Position numbers and translations under genes: made by a program. From Marsupella aquatica (Eukaryota; Plantae; Marchantiophyta): DNA of 64,000 nt. Location: contig OZ316892.1 in NCBI GenBank assembly GCA_973895155.1, positions 22,545,168-22,609,167 on the forward strand, read 5' to 3'. This document shows, one piece after another, positions 12,706 to 23,549 of the stretch. The notes under the pieces are model-generated. The model searched no databases, was not told the origin of the DNA, and was given only the letters and a program-made list of their open reading frames with translations. Within the stretch, counting starts at the first letter, position 1. Each line of letters opens with the position of its first letter.

Positions 12706-14529
12706 TCTTTCTGAAGGCGAAATATCCAGGGGCAGATTGCTTGGTTTTCGTTTGCTGTGATCGTCTTGGTTTGTTCTCGAAAACCTCCTGTTGTTTTCCC
12801 ATCCTCATTATATCAAGGCACAGACCTCTTCGTTTTTTCACTTCCTTCAAGGCACAGAGGAAGCTTTCTGTAAACATTCGTCCTGCAGAAACCCTGACCT
12901 AAGTGACGGGTCATGAAGAGTAAAAACTGGATCAATAACTTACGCCGCTAACAATTGTATTATTGGGTCGGTGCCATGCCAATGACGTGTAACACTAGTT
13001 TGATTATTGTAAGGACTTAGGGGGAGGGTTGAGTAGGAGGCGAGGGTGGTTCAGGAAGGGAAAGCTGCATGTCGTTGGATGGAGAAAATTGCCAAGATCA
13101 AGGGCGCACTTTCTTCAGGAAACTACAACCAAGACGTCGTTGCGTGACTAGAGTACGTCAGCGGGAAGTAGTGGCTGCGTGACAGGATCGAACGATCACT
13201 AATCACCTCCCTTTCTGCAACAAAGATAGCCAGATTACTGTCCCAATGTTGAGAGGAACAAATGGTGAAATTTGGTTGTGAGATTCCAGAAGAGAAGCAA
13301 AGCGTTAAAAATAGAAGAATTGGTGAACTTCTTCTGACCTATCAGTACCTCCTCTTCCAGTACTGAGAGAAACATGAGTGCTTGACAGATTCCGGGATAA
13401 GTACAAACGAAAATGCAGTGGACCTACCATTTCAGCATTGACTCCTCGAGCAGGAAAGGGGAAGTGCAATCTGAATCCCTGTTCACAAAAGGTCCTGTAG
13501 GGATAGACGTTGTCATATTGGGAACTGATTTTTGAGAGCCCGGTTAGAGGAGAGAACTGCCACAGTGCAGACTCTTGCCTCGACTCTTGGCAATAGTCTT
13601 TATCCTGTGGCTGAATGTGGTAGATGAAAAAGGAGGTAGGAAGTTTGCCAACCATAGGTTAAAGGGGCAAATCCTGAAGTTTTGTTGTTTTAAGTTTGTT
13701 GGTTGTGTTAGAAGGCAGGTGGAGCTCTGGACAATTGCACCAGAAGGGTTATTTGTTTCAACTCTCAACCAGGAGAAACTTGGACTAGAGTCATGATATA
13801 CATGAGCTACAACTCTCGAGATGAAAAGAAAGGAGATTGTGGTGCAGTGATTTTCATCGTGAAGGCCTTTGCACAAGAGGGTGACAGACTGGAAAGCTCT
13901 TGATTGCCTATCGTCAAAGTTTCTGATCCTTGAAGAGAGGACGGGTGAGATGATACATGAGCATTTAAGTTTTCACTCTACTAGTAACCTACAGCCATTA
14001 TACAGGCATTTGTGGTTTTATAATCTCATAGGAGGAGTCAAAACAGCCTGAATAGCCTTGTTGCTCAACTGTTGATATGCCACCTAAGCAGGTTGAGATT
14101 TTCCCTGATTTTTAGCCTATCAGAATTGAATCTCCCCCTTTTGAGGCCTTTTGGTTCCCTGGCAACTGTAATTTATCATTGTGTGCAGTGTTTCTCTGGT
14201 CTTTTCTCCCTAATTGTGTTTAGTTTGTTTTGTGACCAAGTGGCTGTTTACATGTACATATTCTTTATAGGTTTCCCATTTTATATCTTTTGGCTTGCAC
14301 ATGGCTCATTCACTACTTTCCCAAAAGTAACTCACCACTTTTTAAGTTGTATTATGTTATCATGTCATTGGGCCCTGGCTGTTCTTTATTTAAAGTTTTC
14401 TTGGGCGTGTTCAATTTGAAATATTGTTAAGAAGGGAAGAGATCCTTGGAGCTTGCGCACCTGGGGGGGGGGGGGGGGGGGGTTCAGTTTACATTTTCAT
14501 ATTTTTTAGAATTTCTACAATTAGGTCAA

Positions 14530-14886
14530 TGTCATGCCGAGGGACAGTGCCTCTTATGCACATCAGCATGTCCCTCTCATGCCCGCTAGGTATGTAGTTA
14601 GGGCTAGTGTACTACCTGAGTTAGCGACATGTTCTTGTAGCAAGTCTGGGCCGTTCTTGAAGCAAATGTGCTTGTTAGTGTGACGCTAGGACTTTGCTTG
14701 CTTAGGGCATGTCTTTCTTTGTTGGTTTTTAGTTCTTCTTGAATCGTTGTTGACAGAGCTCAGACAGTGTTCGTCAGTTCCGTACACGGGATTCACACAG
14801 TGATTCATTAGATGCTCCCGGCCGATCTTGGCATCCTGCCGGTTTCGATTCGATTTCAGTACATTTGTTTCTCTTACGCCTTTTAT
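14530..14886 (+). repeat. Terminal repeat A1 (357 bp)
   Basis: Matches 23550-23906 with 5 substitutions, all transitions. Confidence 0.95.
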
Positions 14887-15946
14887 TCAAAAAGAACTCT
14901 GGAGTTGGCGGTGAGGGGAAGAAGATAGAAGACATTCTTGTCTCAGCTGCTTATGTCGGTTCAAACAATTTCTGTCAAAGCTGGTGCAATTTCTTTGAGC
15001 GACAATGGAGGGACGAGTTGAAATTATGGGTTCAATATGGTGTTAAGTGTATACTTAACATAAGTATACACATAACCCTCCCGTTGGAGCCTGACTCTTT
15101 CTTCCCGGTTGTATCCGGGGACCCTTTGCTGCTTCCGACTATGGCTGCCGGCTGCTGACTGCCACTACCTTTTTCGGGCCAATTTTGTGATGTTTTTGTA
15201 GGAGGGGCTATCTGCATAGGGCCGCGCGCCCCTTCTCGGGAGTCACAATTTCACCAGGGCACGAGGCCCACAGAACCTTTCAGGAGGGGAGCGAGTGTGC
15301 CAGATGATCATTAAGAGGGCGAAGGGAATTTCCTTTCAGGAGCTCATAAGGAGGGGGAGGGGGCGCGAAGCCCTATGCAGGGCTCGAGCCCATAAAGAGG
15401 GGCCCATTTTTGCTCACTCGCCTCTTCCTGCCACCCGACTGTCAGTGGCCAATTCTCCCTTTTCCGGTTATTTTCCACCTCTCGACATTTTCTTCTCCCT
15501 GCCACCGGCCTCGGTGTATACACATACGGGAGTGCATAGGGCCGCGTGCCCTCCCTACTACTCCCTTCGACACTTTTCCCGGCTGTGACCTCCTTCGGGC
15601 TGCGATTTACTGTACTTCTTTCCGGCCGCGACCTGCTTCCGGCCAAGTTTTTCCCCCGGCCGCAACGACTCCAACAAAGGGAGCCGCACCGACATTGGGC
15701 ACCGGCCGGTGTATCTTACGTGTATACACATAAGGGAGGGGCCATTTTGTTGTTTTTATTCCTTTTTATTTTGACCCTCTTAGGCAAGGCCGGCATACAC
15801 ATAGGGGCCAATTTCATTCTCTTTAGCCCCGGCCTCCTTGCTTCACGCCGTTTATTTTATTTGTGGGTTTCACTTCCTAGCCTTGGGGCTTCCACTCCTT
15901 TTCTTGTTAGTTTCTTTCCCATCGGCACCCCGGGTGAGCATGCAGC

Positions 15947-17221
15947 ATGTCAGCAGAGGAGCCGAGTCGTAGCAGCTCATCACCACCAACACCCCGGTAC
16001 CACTTACGAAGTGATCCACGACCATTGGTGCCAATTTCATTGGAGTCTCGGCAATTTCGGCGACGTCAGCAAACAACAGCAGCACCCACACCACGCAATC
16101 CTTCTGCTACATTTGGCGGTCGCTCCACCTCTACCCTGAAGCCTGCTATCACTTCTTTGCCCTTTACTCCTTCTGCATCAGTGATTGTTCCAGCTTCACC
16201 GACATACAGCATGGATGCCAGTCACTCATCTGGCCGCATTGAGCGCTTCAGTGGGCGGCCAGGCACTGTTTCTTTGCGTGAGTTCAAATCCACTTTCTAC
16301 ACTGTCGTTTACGAATTGGAGCTGAAGTACGGCAGCAATTTCACAAATGCTTTTGCATTTAAGCAGCTAGCCAGGTATGTGCACCATGAGGCTTTGGATG
16401 TGTATGAGCAGCACTCTCAATGGCTGCTTGCTGTCACACAATTGCCTAACCCTACCTATGCCAATGCAATTGCGACAGCCTCACAATTGGCCTTACAGAA
16501 TGCCATTGCAGCCCATGCTGTTGCTCCTGCCATTTCCCCTCCTACTCCAGTTCCTACCACTGCGCCAGTTACTCCCACTGTCTTGGCACAGGCTACATCA
16601 GGCATTTCTCCCACCATTGATTCTCCTGCCTTTGCTGATCCAGTCACTGAGTTTTTCCAGGTTCTTGAATTGGAATTCCCAATCAAGAGTGCTGACAAAA
16701 TCATGCAGTTGGCCACCTTTGTGAGACAGCGCGATGAAACATTGAAGATGATGTATCGTCGGCTTCTCAAGCTGAAGGAGGACACCCAGAGCATCACTGA
16801 CCTGGAAGCTGCTCATCGCTATCTTCGCGCATTGGAGGGCACACTAGCTCTCCATTTGCAAGTGTTGCAGCAAGTATTCTCAGAGTTTGGAGACAGCTAC
16901 ACCCTGCTCAATGTCTATGACACTGCTGAGAAACTTGAGTTGGCCCATGCACATTATGAGGCCAGTATTGCGCGTCCACCGCAATCCAGGTACCAGGCTG
17001 CTGCCCCTACACTGGCCACCCCTTCCCGTGTGCCACAGTATGGTTCCAAGACCAAGCCAGCCCATGCTGCTTTCATGCTGCCATCTTGCAACTACTGTGG
17101 TAACCCCAATCACAAGGCTAATGAATGTGATATTGTCGCTGAGGACCTATCTTGTGATTTTTGCGGGAAAGTAGGTCACTTGGAGGCAGTTTGTTTTGCC
17201 AAATTCTCGGAAAGGAAGTAG
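15947..17221 (+). CDS. Retrotransposon Gag with two CCHC zinc knuckles
   Basis: IERFSG capsid-like start; knuckles CNYCGNPNHKANEC and CDFCGKVGHLEAVC. Ends at a TAG that is followed in frame by the next ORF. Confidence 0.85.
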   Translation: MSAEEPSRSSSSPPTPRYHLRSDPRPLVPISLESRQFRRRQQTTAAPTPRNPSATFGGRSTSTLKPAITSLPFTPSASVIVPASPTYSMDASHSSGRIERFSGRPGTVSLREFKSTFYTVVYELELKYGSNFTNAFAFKQLARYVHHEALDVYEQHSQWLLAVTQLPNPTYANAIATASQLALQNAIAAHAVAPAISPPTPVPTTAPVTPTVLAQATSGISPTIDSPAFADPVTEFFQVLELEFPIKSADKIMQLATFVRQRDETLKMMYRRLLKLKEDTQSITDLEAAHRYLRALEGTLALHLQVLQQVFSEFGDSYTLLNVYDTAEKLELAHAHYEASIARPPQSRYQAAAPTLATPSRVPQYGSKTKPAHAAFMLPSCNYCGNPNHKANECDIVAEDLSCDFCGKVGHLEAVCFAKFSERK

Positions 17222-17272
17222 CTACGACAGCAGGCCCCTCATCCTGCTCCTGCTTCCACTCCCCCACCAGCT

Positions 17273-20160
17273 ATGAGGGCTCCTACTGCATCCGAGACTG
17301 CATCAGTTGCTCCTCCTTCCAGTGGCAAAGCACCCAGTGCCAACAAATTGCCCAAGCAGCCACAGAAGCAACCAGCTCAGAAGGAGGCTCACAACGCACA
17401 GGCAACTCAACTCCAGTCTCTGACTCATGAGGTTGAGTCCCTACGTGCCCAACTTGCCAACATCAAAGGCAAGTCAACTGCCTCTACTGGTCCTTCTCAA
17501 CCGGCTGGTCACGTGCAACCCATCCCTGGCCCAGGCACCACTGACAGTTCAGCACCTCTACCCCGCTCTTTCTATGGCTTGCCATTTGATGCTCATATGG
17601 GTGAGTGTGTGTTGTCCTCTGCTACACAGCCTGGCCTTACAGCAGAATTTTCAGATTCATTCTGTCCTTCCTATTTTGCTTACCAGCAGGCCAGTGCTGC
17701 CTCCCGTATTGCTCCCACACGCCGCATTGTACAGGCTGATGGTCTTGCTGCTGGCCCTATGACTAGAGCGAGGGGAGCTCGGGCTGTCATGCCCCAATCT
17801 TTTCAGCCACTCACACTTGCTGAAGAGCGCACCTTGTTGGCGAGGGGGGAGGGAGCTGCAGCTACATCCATTCCACCACCAGGTGCTGCTGACATTTCAC
17901 AGGGAGTTATTTCTCCTGAGCTGCTTGAGCATTTCACCTCCGGTATGGCACAAAAGATTCTTACAACTCCACTTTTTAGTTGCCATAATTTACAGCTGGA
18001 TGCTAGAGCTGTCATGAGAGCGCTAGAGGGCTCATTGCATTCTTCATCAGCTCCTGTGCCACCAGTTTTGGAGGTCCCATCTCATGTACATACTGGACCT
18101 TCTTCTTCTCCATTGCATGCTTCCATTGGTTTGGCTATCCCAGTACCAATTTCTAGTGGTAGAAATGACAGTATTGCTGCAGATTGTGTGACCAGAGCTA
18201 CACTTGATTCTGGTCATGCTGCTCCATCTTTCCTGGCTATGCTGTTGAGTGGGAAGACCGTGGACACTAACTCCCTTCACAAGGTACCTCATCATTTGCC
18301 GAAAGTGGTACCTAGCGACAGGACTTTAGTTTCCACCACCATTGCCATTGTTGACAACAGGAATTCAGTGGTCAAGTTGGAGGGTCACACTCCTCAAGTG
18401 GTCATGCTAGACATAGGTGCTCAACCAGTGATATTGGGCATTCAGTTTGCCAAGAAGATGGGACTGTTGACTGATCATTTACAACAATCCAAGTGGCACA
18501 TTCGGACTGCTAGTGGCACTGTGGAGGATGTGTTGGGTGAGAGCTCTACTTTACTCACTCTCACTTTTAATGGAGGTACTGATCAGGAACTGCATTTCCT
18601 GGTCAGATGTTTGGTTACCAATGCCACTACGTATGATGTGCTCATTGGCCAGGAGGCTTTGTTCCCACCAGGTTTTACCATTGACAACTGGCATGAGCAT
18701 GCATACTACAGAGTTGATTGGCATACGGATGGCTCACACTTGGGCTACATTCCACTTGATTTGCATGGTGCCCATACACCTATGGCTCACCACTGTGTGT
18801 TGAAATCGGTGCACACAGCTACCTATGTCAACCACCCATTGCAGGATTGGATTGAGGAGGATGATGATGAGGTGGCTGCTGCACGTATAGCAGCACTTTC
18901 CAGCAATATGGATCATCAACCAGAGGTGGTACAACGGCTCCAAGCAGCCCATGGACCTTTGGTGGCTACATTGCGCAAATTTGAGGACCTTGGGCAGCAC
19001 AATGGACAACCAATAGCCCCAATCTTGAGCGCACCAGTTACATGGACTCCTCCTCCGGATGCCCTTACATTGCTTGAGCTTTTTGGTGGCATTTCTACAG
19101 GCCTGGAAGCTCTCCTACAGTCCGGCATGGTGGTGAAGCAGTACATCCACGTGGACATTGATCCAGGTGCAAGGCAAGTGGTTGAATCCCGTCTGCTGGA
19201 ATTTTCAGAGCGATTTCCTCAACAGTTTCCACACAGTGCCTGGAAGTCTGAATTTTCTTTCTTTCCTCCAGATATCCAGCTTGTCCAGCACCGGCACTTA
19301 ACCCTTCTTGGCTCCCTTGATTTGATAATAGCCGGTTGGGAATGCCAAGGGTTTTCAGCTGCTGGTCATGGTGCTGGATTGCATGATTCTCGTTCTGGCC
19401 TTTTCACAGCATTGGTTCAGGTTATCACCTGGGCTCAATCCCTTTACCCTGTTGTTGGTTATATCATTGAGAACACTCCATCTCAGTTTGACCAGCGTTC
19501 ACAGGTCAAAGAGGATTTCAGTGTGGTCCAACACTACTTTGGACCACCCCTTCTCATTGATGCAGTGCATTGTGGTTCTTATGCACATCATCTTCGTAAC
19601 TTTTGGACTAACCTGGTACCAGTTTCCTTGCTGGAGTTAGCTCTTCACCACACATCCAGGGACACTAACCTCATAGTGGACCAGATTTTGGATCCTGACA
19701 GTTCTTGCCAACCAGTTACACGGCAAGAGCCAGCACCTTGGTATCCAGCCAATACCATTGGACAGCCCCGTGCTGCTTGGCCTACATTTGTGTTCTTTCC
19801 AGGTGCACATGCTTTTCAGGGTGATGGTCCTGGCCTGGTTTATCAACATTCTACCGGTACATGGGATGAACCTAGTCCTGAGGAGAGAGAACAGGCTATG
19901 GGCTTCCAACCCGGTACTACAGGTCACACCAAGATCACCAGGTTGGCCAGGAATGCTTTACTTGGCAGGGTAATGGATCTTAATGCTCTCACTTGGCTTC
20001 TGGTTACTTGCATCCTTTTTCAGATGTACATTCATCCAGCATCAGGAGTTCCAGCCCTACCACTCCATGGTGCTGCTCCATGGCACCCAGACCAGGTGCA
20101 CTTACCTCTATTCAACACTCACCGCTTCAGTCCAAGTGTTGGGGGGGAGGAGGTCCCTTG
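17273..20160 (+). pseudogene. Pol N-terminal part: aspartic protease (~18390-18700) plus DNMT3-like C5 cytosine methyltransferase (~19064-20000)
   Basis: Protease motifs VMLDIGAQ (canonical DTG; D at 18410) and YDVLIG. DNMT motifs: I LELFGGISTG, II VDID, IV DLIIAGWECQGFS (Cys at 19343), VI YIIENT, VIII AHHLRNFWTNL, IX EREQAMGFQPGTT, X ARNALLGRVM. Confidence 0.85.
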
Positions 20161-20268
20161 TAATGTGGCTATATTATTTCTGAGTTTCATGGTGTGGATT
20201 AGACCAGAGCAACAGATACAGCAGGCCTTGGAGAGGCCTCATCACCTTATCAGCAGCATGCTAGCAGC

Positions 20269-23200
20269 TTGGCCAGTGGAGAGGCTGGCACTTATGGCTC
20301 TTCAAGCACGAGTACATCAGGTCCTATTCCTAGTGTTGCCAACTACACATTCATCATGGGCAACCACCTGAGTAAAAGACAGAAGGACCAGCTGCTGAAT
20401 TTGCTCCTCAAGCATGAGAATGTGTTTGCTTTCTCTATGAAGGACTTGGGTAAGTGCAAGACTATGCAGTTCTCCATTGAGTTGGCTGATGAAACACCTA
20501 TCTTCAGGCGGAGACACCGTTTGAGTAAGCATGAGTGGCAGCTGGTGGATGAGAGATGCCAAGAGCTCTATGAAGCTGGTCTTATTCAGCCATCTACATC
20601 AGATTTTGCAGCAGCTACAGTGATGCCAGCAAAGAAGGATTTCAGTGGATTGTGGTCAGAGAAGCGCATGTGTGGGGACTACAGGCCACTGAACCTGGTC
20701 ACACCCCAGGACAGGTACCCCATGCCACGGCCATAGGAGCTATTTGACAGCATTGGAGACTCAGACATCTTCACTCTTGTGGATCTAAGGCAAGGCTTTA
20801 ACCAGATTTTGCTGCTTGCAAAGGACCGCAAGAAAACAACTTTCCATGGTAGTAACCAACTATGGGAGTGGTTGGTGATGCCATTTGGCTTGAAGAATGC
20901 GCCCATATTCTTTCAAAGAGTCATGGACCAGGTTCTTCAAGGTGCTGAGTTTCTGAAATGCTACATTGATGATGTGTTGGTCCACAGCAAAGGATTTGAC
21001 CAGCATCTACTTGACCTTGAAGAGCTATTCATGAGGCTTAAGAAGGTGAACCTAAAGATACACCCCAAGAAGTGTGAATTTGCTGTCAAATCAGAAGTAT
21101 ACCTTGGGCACCGCATTCTTCCAAATGGAACCATGGCTCACTGGGCCAAGGTGGTATCCATCTTGGAAATGCCCACTCCTACCGATGTTCACACTTTGAG
21201 GAGTTTTATTGGGTTGTGCAATTACTACCGGATCTACATCAAAGATTTCAGTACCATTACACACCCATTGTATGCTTTGTTGAAAAAGAATGTGACTTGG
21301 ACATGGAGTACAGATGCTGAGGCAGCATTTGCCACTTTGAAGGAGAAGCTCTCAGAATACCCGGTGCTGAGAAGACCTGATTTCAGCAAGGTCTTTGTGC
21401 TACACACAGATTGGAGTGCCCTTGGGATTGGTGCCATTCTGGGCTAGCATGATGAGGAAGGTAAAGAGTACGTCATTGCCTATGCATCCAGGAGCAACAA
21501 TCAGGCAGAGAGTCATTATTCTTCTTATGAGGGTGAATGCCTTGCTGTTGTGTGGGCTGTCATACATTATAGGCCCTACCTCTATGGGACCAGGTTTGTT
21601 CTCTACACCGACCACCAGCCCTTGAAGTGGTTGATGACCAACGACAAGCTTACTGGCAAGCTTGCTCGTTGGGCGCTCATACTCCAGGAGTATGATTTTG
21701 AGGTAATTCATAGGCCTGGTGTGACACATCAGATTGCTGACACTATGTCCCACAGCCCTTTGATTACCTTTGATGATTCCTCAGATGCACGGCAAGATTT
21801 TGACCAGGTTTCTATCCTGCCTACATTTCATGCATCGACCTATCTTGCTTTGCTGCCATGCTATGTTGTTGACCAACCTGTGGTGGACATATGGGAGGAC
21901 AGCGACACTCTGAGATTTCTGCAGCATGGGGAGTACCCCACACATGTTACTACTGCCCAGAGAGACCGAATTCAGCAAAGGTCCAAGCGCTACTTGTGGA
22001 AGGGAGATCATCTCGTGCGCTGCTTGCCAGACAGGGAAGTGGTGGTTCCACCTATTCATGAGAGGGTTGGCCTTATCCATAAGGTACATTCTGAGCTTGG
22101 TCATTTTGGTGTTAAGAGGACTTACAGCCTCTTGGTCCCTCATTATCATTGGAGAGGCATGCATGGCCAGGTTCGAGATGTTATTGCCCGGTGTGATCAG
22201 TGTGATAGGGTGAGGACTTCCTTCACATCTCGACAACCCACACTTCATCCACTCCCTATTCAGGGCATGTTTTATCACTGGTCATGTGATTTGGCTGGAG
22301 AATTACCCCTCACATCTCGGGGTAATCTCTACATCATGATCATGATAGAGCATTTCTCAAAGTGGATAGAACTTGTGGCATTGCCGGATAAGACCTCCCG
22401 TAGCACCAGCCAGGCATTCCTGCAACAAGTTCTCAACCGCTTTGGAGCTTGTGCAGAATGTCTCACTGACCAGGGCTCAGAGTTTAGAGGAGAGTTCTAG
22501 GAGCTGCTTGATCAGGCCCTCATTGATCATTGTCGGACATCACGAGATCACCCACAGGCAGATGGCTTGGCAGAGCGCATGGTTCAGACATGCAAGAAGG
22601 GTCTCCGGAAGATTTGCCTCACCAAAAACAAGGAGGATTGGGACCTGGCCTTACCCTACATTGCCATGGGGTATAGGATGTCTAGACATGCATCATTGTC
22701 TAACTTTTCTCCCTACTTCTTGTTGTTTGGTCGTCACCCAGTTCCACCTTCTGCTATTGCTGCTCACATGCTTCAGGTGGTGGACTTGGATTCAGCTGTG
22801 ACTTGGTCTGATGTGATCTCTGAGAGGGCTGCCCTATTCAGGAGGGTTATGCCCATGGCCATGGAGAATTTGGCCATTGCACAACACAGGGACACACTGC
22901 GTTATGCACACACACGAGGGGGCACTTTTCAGCCCAAGGTCAGGAAGTTTGATGTGGGAGATTTTGTGTACTTGCAGCAGCAAGCTAACGACACCCTGGA
23001 CACCTCTACCAATCGTACTATTCTCAGGGTTAAAGCTATTCGACCGTCTGGAGTGCTAGAGTTACAAGGGGCAGATAGGCGCACAATTGCTGACAATGCC
23101 AAGAATTGTGCCCCTTGTCATCTGCCTAACCTAGATCCCACCATTGTGACTTCTACCTGGATTCCACCTGTGGACTACCCTTGTAAGGTGTGTTTGCGAA

Positions 23201-23334
23201 TTGATGATGCTGACCAGATGCTGCTGTGTGACAATTGCAATGGAGGGTACCATCTTTTCTGCCTTCGGCCTGAACTTACCCAGGTGCCAGAAGGGTTATG
23301 GTTTTGCCCTTCCTGTGCTCCACGTGCTACCTGA
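20269..23334 (+). pseudogene. Pol C-terminal part: RT, RNase H, integrase and PHD finger, in one frame with 3 internal TAG stops
   Basis: RT: RMCGDYRPLN, DLRQGFNQI, MPFGLKNAP, YIDD (20962-20973). RNase H: TDWS, YASR, ECLA, TDHQPL. Integrase: H-H-C-C (HSELGH...CDQC) and D-D-E (CDLAG, TDQGSEF, GLAER). PHD C4HC3 at 23182-23316. Stops at 20734, 21445 and 22498. Confidence 0.92.
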
Positions 23335-23372
23335 ATTTTCTTCAGCCCTCCTTTTGGCTGTGGTCTGGGGGG

Positions 23373-23547
23373 ATACAGAGGTTTACACCTCCACTACGTA
23401 CATACCACTTCATTTGCTTTTTCTTGGCACTTGTGAATGTGATTGGACTTTTTCTATGCATGTTGGTTGCTAGCAGCTTGCACATATGCCTTGCCGGTGA
23501 CTGTATGTTTTCGATACACTATGGCTTCGATACTATATGTCACGACA
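23373..23547 (+). repeat. Terminal repeat B1 (175 bp)
   Basis: Matches 23907-24081 with one mismatch. Preceded by a G6 run and ends CACGACA. Confidence 0.95.
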
Positions 23548-23549
23548 GC

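Noticed and set aside
13305-14419. ORFs left of the retroelement as a gene or LINE relic
   Set aside because: No recognisable motifs or consistent exon chain.
20160-20371. Hydrophobic C-terminal tail of the 1032-aa ORF as an env-like or TM domain
   Set aside because: It overlaps the start of the RT frame and is best explained as out-of-frame run-on.
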